Source of the DNA: an uncultured Hyphomonas sp. | Lineage (GTDB): Bacteria > Pseudomonadota > Alphaproteobacteria > Caulobacterales > Hyphomonadaceae | NCBI GenBank assembly: GCA_964419865.1 | Contig: CAYQRX010000001.1 | Coordinates: 1 to 55,129 of the forward strand | DNA length: 55,129 nucleotides | Direction of reading: 5' to 3' | Shown here: positions 52,584 to 55,129 of the stretch, piece by piece | How the letters are laid out: every line of letters begins with the position of its first letter | Position numbering within the stretch: position 1 is the stretch's first letter | The notes under the pieces: model-generated | Seen by the model: only the letters and a program-made list of their open reading frames with translations | What the model was told of the DNA's origin: nothing | Database searches by the model: none | Program-made: the position numbers and the translations under genes

Positions 52584-53284
52584 GCGATGAAGAGAAGCGC
52601 CGCTGGAAAGGGCCCGGCGCGGATCGCAAGGATTCCGGCAGGCGTGCCACCGAGCGGAAGGTGATTGCCCGCAATGCGAAGAACGAAAGTTCAAAGCGCT
52701 GGATCGAACGCCAGCTGCAGGACCCCTATGTGCGGCGCGCCAAGGATGAGGGCTATCGCTCGCGTGCAGCCTACAAGCTGCTCGAGATCGACGAGGCGGC
52801 GAAGATCCTGCGCAAGGGCCAGAGAGTCGTTGATCTCGGCTGCGCGCCCGGCGGCTGGATACAGGTCGCCCTCTTGAAAGGCGCCGCAGAGGTTGCCGGT
52901 ATCGACCTCCTCCCGGTCGATCCGATCGAAGGCGCACACATCGTTGAGGGGGATGTGAACAATCCGGAGGACGTCGAAAAGATGATGTCCGGCTTGTCCG
53001 GACCACCGGATCTTGTCCTCTCCGACATGGCGGCCAACACTACGGGGCATAAGCAGACAGACCATCTTCGAACCGTTGCCCTGGTCGAAATGGCGGTGGC
53101 TTTCGCGATTGAACACCTCGCCGAAGGCGGCAGCTTCTGCGCGAAGGTCTTCCAGGGCGGGACCACCAAGGACGTTCTCGACCTGCTGAAAGCTCATTTC
53201 AGGACGGTCAAGCACATCAAACCCGCCGCAAGCCGTGCCGGCAGCCCGGAAATCTATGTAGTCGCCAAGGGATTCCGCCGCTAG
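52580..53284 (+). CDS. rlmE: 23S rRNA Um2552 methyltransferase RlmE/FtsJ
   Basis: DPYV..AK..GYRSRAAYKL, DLGCAPGGW, LSDMA, KVFQG and KP.ASR..S.EIY motifs. Confidence 0.96.
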   Translation: MSDEEKRRWKGPGADRKDSGRRATERKVIARNAKNESSKRWIERQLQDPYVRRAKDEGYRSRAAYKLLEIDEAAKILRKGQRVVDLGCAPGGWIQVALLKGAAEVAGIDLLPVDPIEGAHIVEGDVNNPEDVEKMMSGLSGPPDLVLSDMAANTTGHKQTDHLRTVALVEMAVAFAIEHLAEGGSFCAKVFQGGTTKDVLDLLKAHFRTVKHIKPAASRAGSPEIYVVAKGFRR

Positions 53285-53312
53285 TCTCAGACCATAGAAG
53301 CGGGAGGAAACC

Positions 53313-53723
53313 ATGGCGCTGACGGGCGGATGCTATTGCGGAAATGTCAGGTATGAGGCGGACGGCGAACCCATCATGCGGGCGCGCTGCCATTGCCGCG
53401 AGTGCCAGTATTTCACTGGTGGGGAGGGGAACGACTTTATGGCTGTGCCCGCCGCCGGTTTCCGGTTCACGAAGGGAAGCCCCAGGGCATTTTCCCGCGC
53501 GGATATGCCCGGGGCCAACACCCGCGAGTTCTGCCCCGATTGCGGAACGCAGCTTCTGACGCGCTCCCCGGCACTTCCGCAGGCCATCATCCTGAAGGTC
53601 GGCGGGCTTGACGATCCGGCGCTGTTTCAGGGGCCGCAGGTTGTCATGCAGACGGCCGACGCCCAGGCCTTTCACCTTATGCCTGAGGGGGTCCCGGCCT
53701 TCCCCCGATTCCCGGGGCGGTAA
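53313..53723 (+). CDS. GFA (CENP-V/Mss4-like) family zinc-binding protein
   Basis: GGCYCG.VRY, CHCRECQ and FCPDCGT zinc motifs; GGAGG SD. Confidence 0.88.
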   Translation: MALTGGCYCGNVRYEADGEPIMRARCHCRECQYFTGGEGNDFMAVPAAGFRFTKGSPRAFSRADMPGANTREFCPDCGTQLLTRSPALPQAIILKVGGLDDPALFQGPQVVMQTADAQAFHLMPEGVPAFPRFPGR

Positions 53724-53746
53724 CGCAACGCCGCACATGAGGGGAC

Positions 53747-53775
53747 TTCACAAGCCCTGACGACTCCCTTACTAG
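53747..53775 (+). promoter_or_regulatory. Putative sigma70 promoter of guaB
   Basis: TTCACA (53747-52)-N17-TACTAG (53770-75), followed by GGGAG SD. Confidence 0.45.

Positions 53776-55129
<1,354 letters not shown>

Overview
A GC-rich alphaproteobacterial core-genome segment; gene content and protein style suggest Caulobacterales/Hyphomonadaceae (e.g. Hyphomonas-like), which is an inference. From left to right it contains nuoI(partial)JKLMN-birA-coaX-rnj-mce-DUF1467-proS-lolC/E-lolD-dnaE, then rpsB-tsf-pyrH-frr-uppS-cdsA-dxr-rseP-bamA-skp-lpxD-lpxA-lpxI-lpxB. On the minus strand follow gltA and gltX, then a plus-strand internally deleted comEC remnant, then minus-strand lexA and ppiD-trpE-trpG-trpD-trpC. 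Next come tpiA-secG-pyrG, a minus-strand photolyase/FAD-oxidoreductase/DUF1365/fatty-acid methyltransferase operon, and hldE, hspQ, ppx-rlmE, a GFA-family gene and guaB (partial). I saw no RNA genes, CRISPR arrays, transposases or prophage. The main points of interest are: (1) a four-gene photolyase plus probable furan-fatty-acid (ufaD-ufaO-ufaM-like) operon behind an exact TGATCC-N18-TAAGA RpoE-type singlet-oxygen promoter; (2) a comEC pseudogene whose N- and C-terminal parts are joined out of frame; (3) no fabZ in the lpxD-lpxA cluster; (4) a long acidic, Cys-pair-containing BamA loop; (5) several readable regulatory elements. I found no wholly undescribed system; most of the window is ordinary housekeeping DNA.
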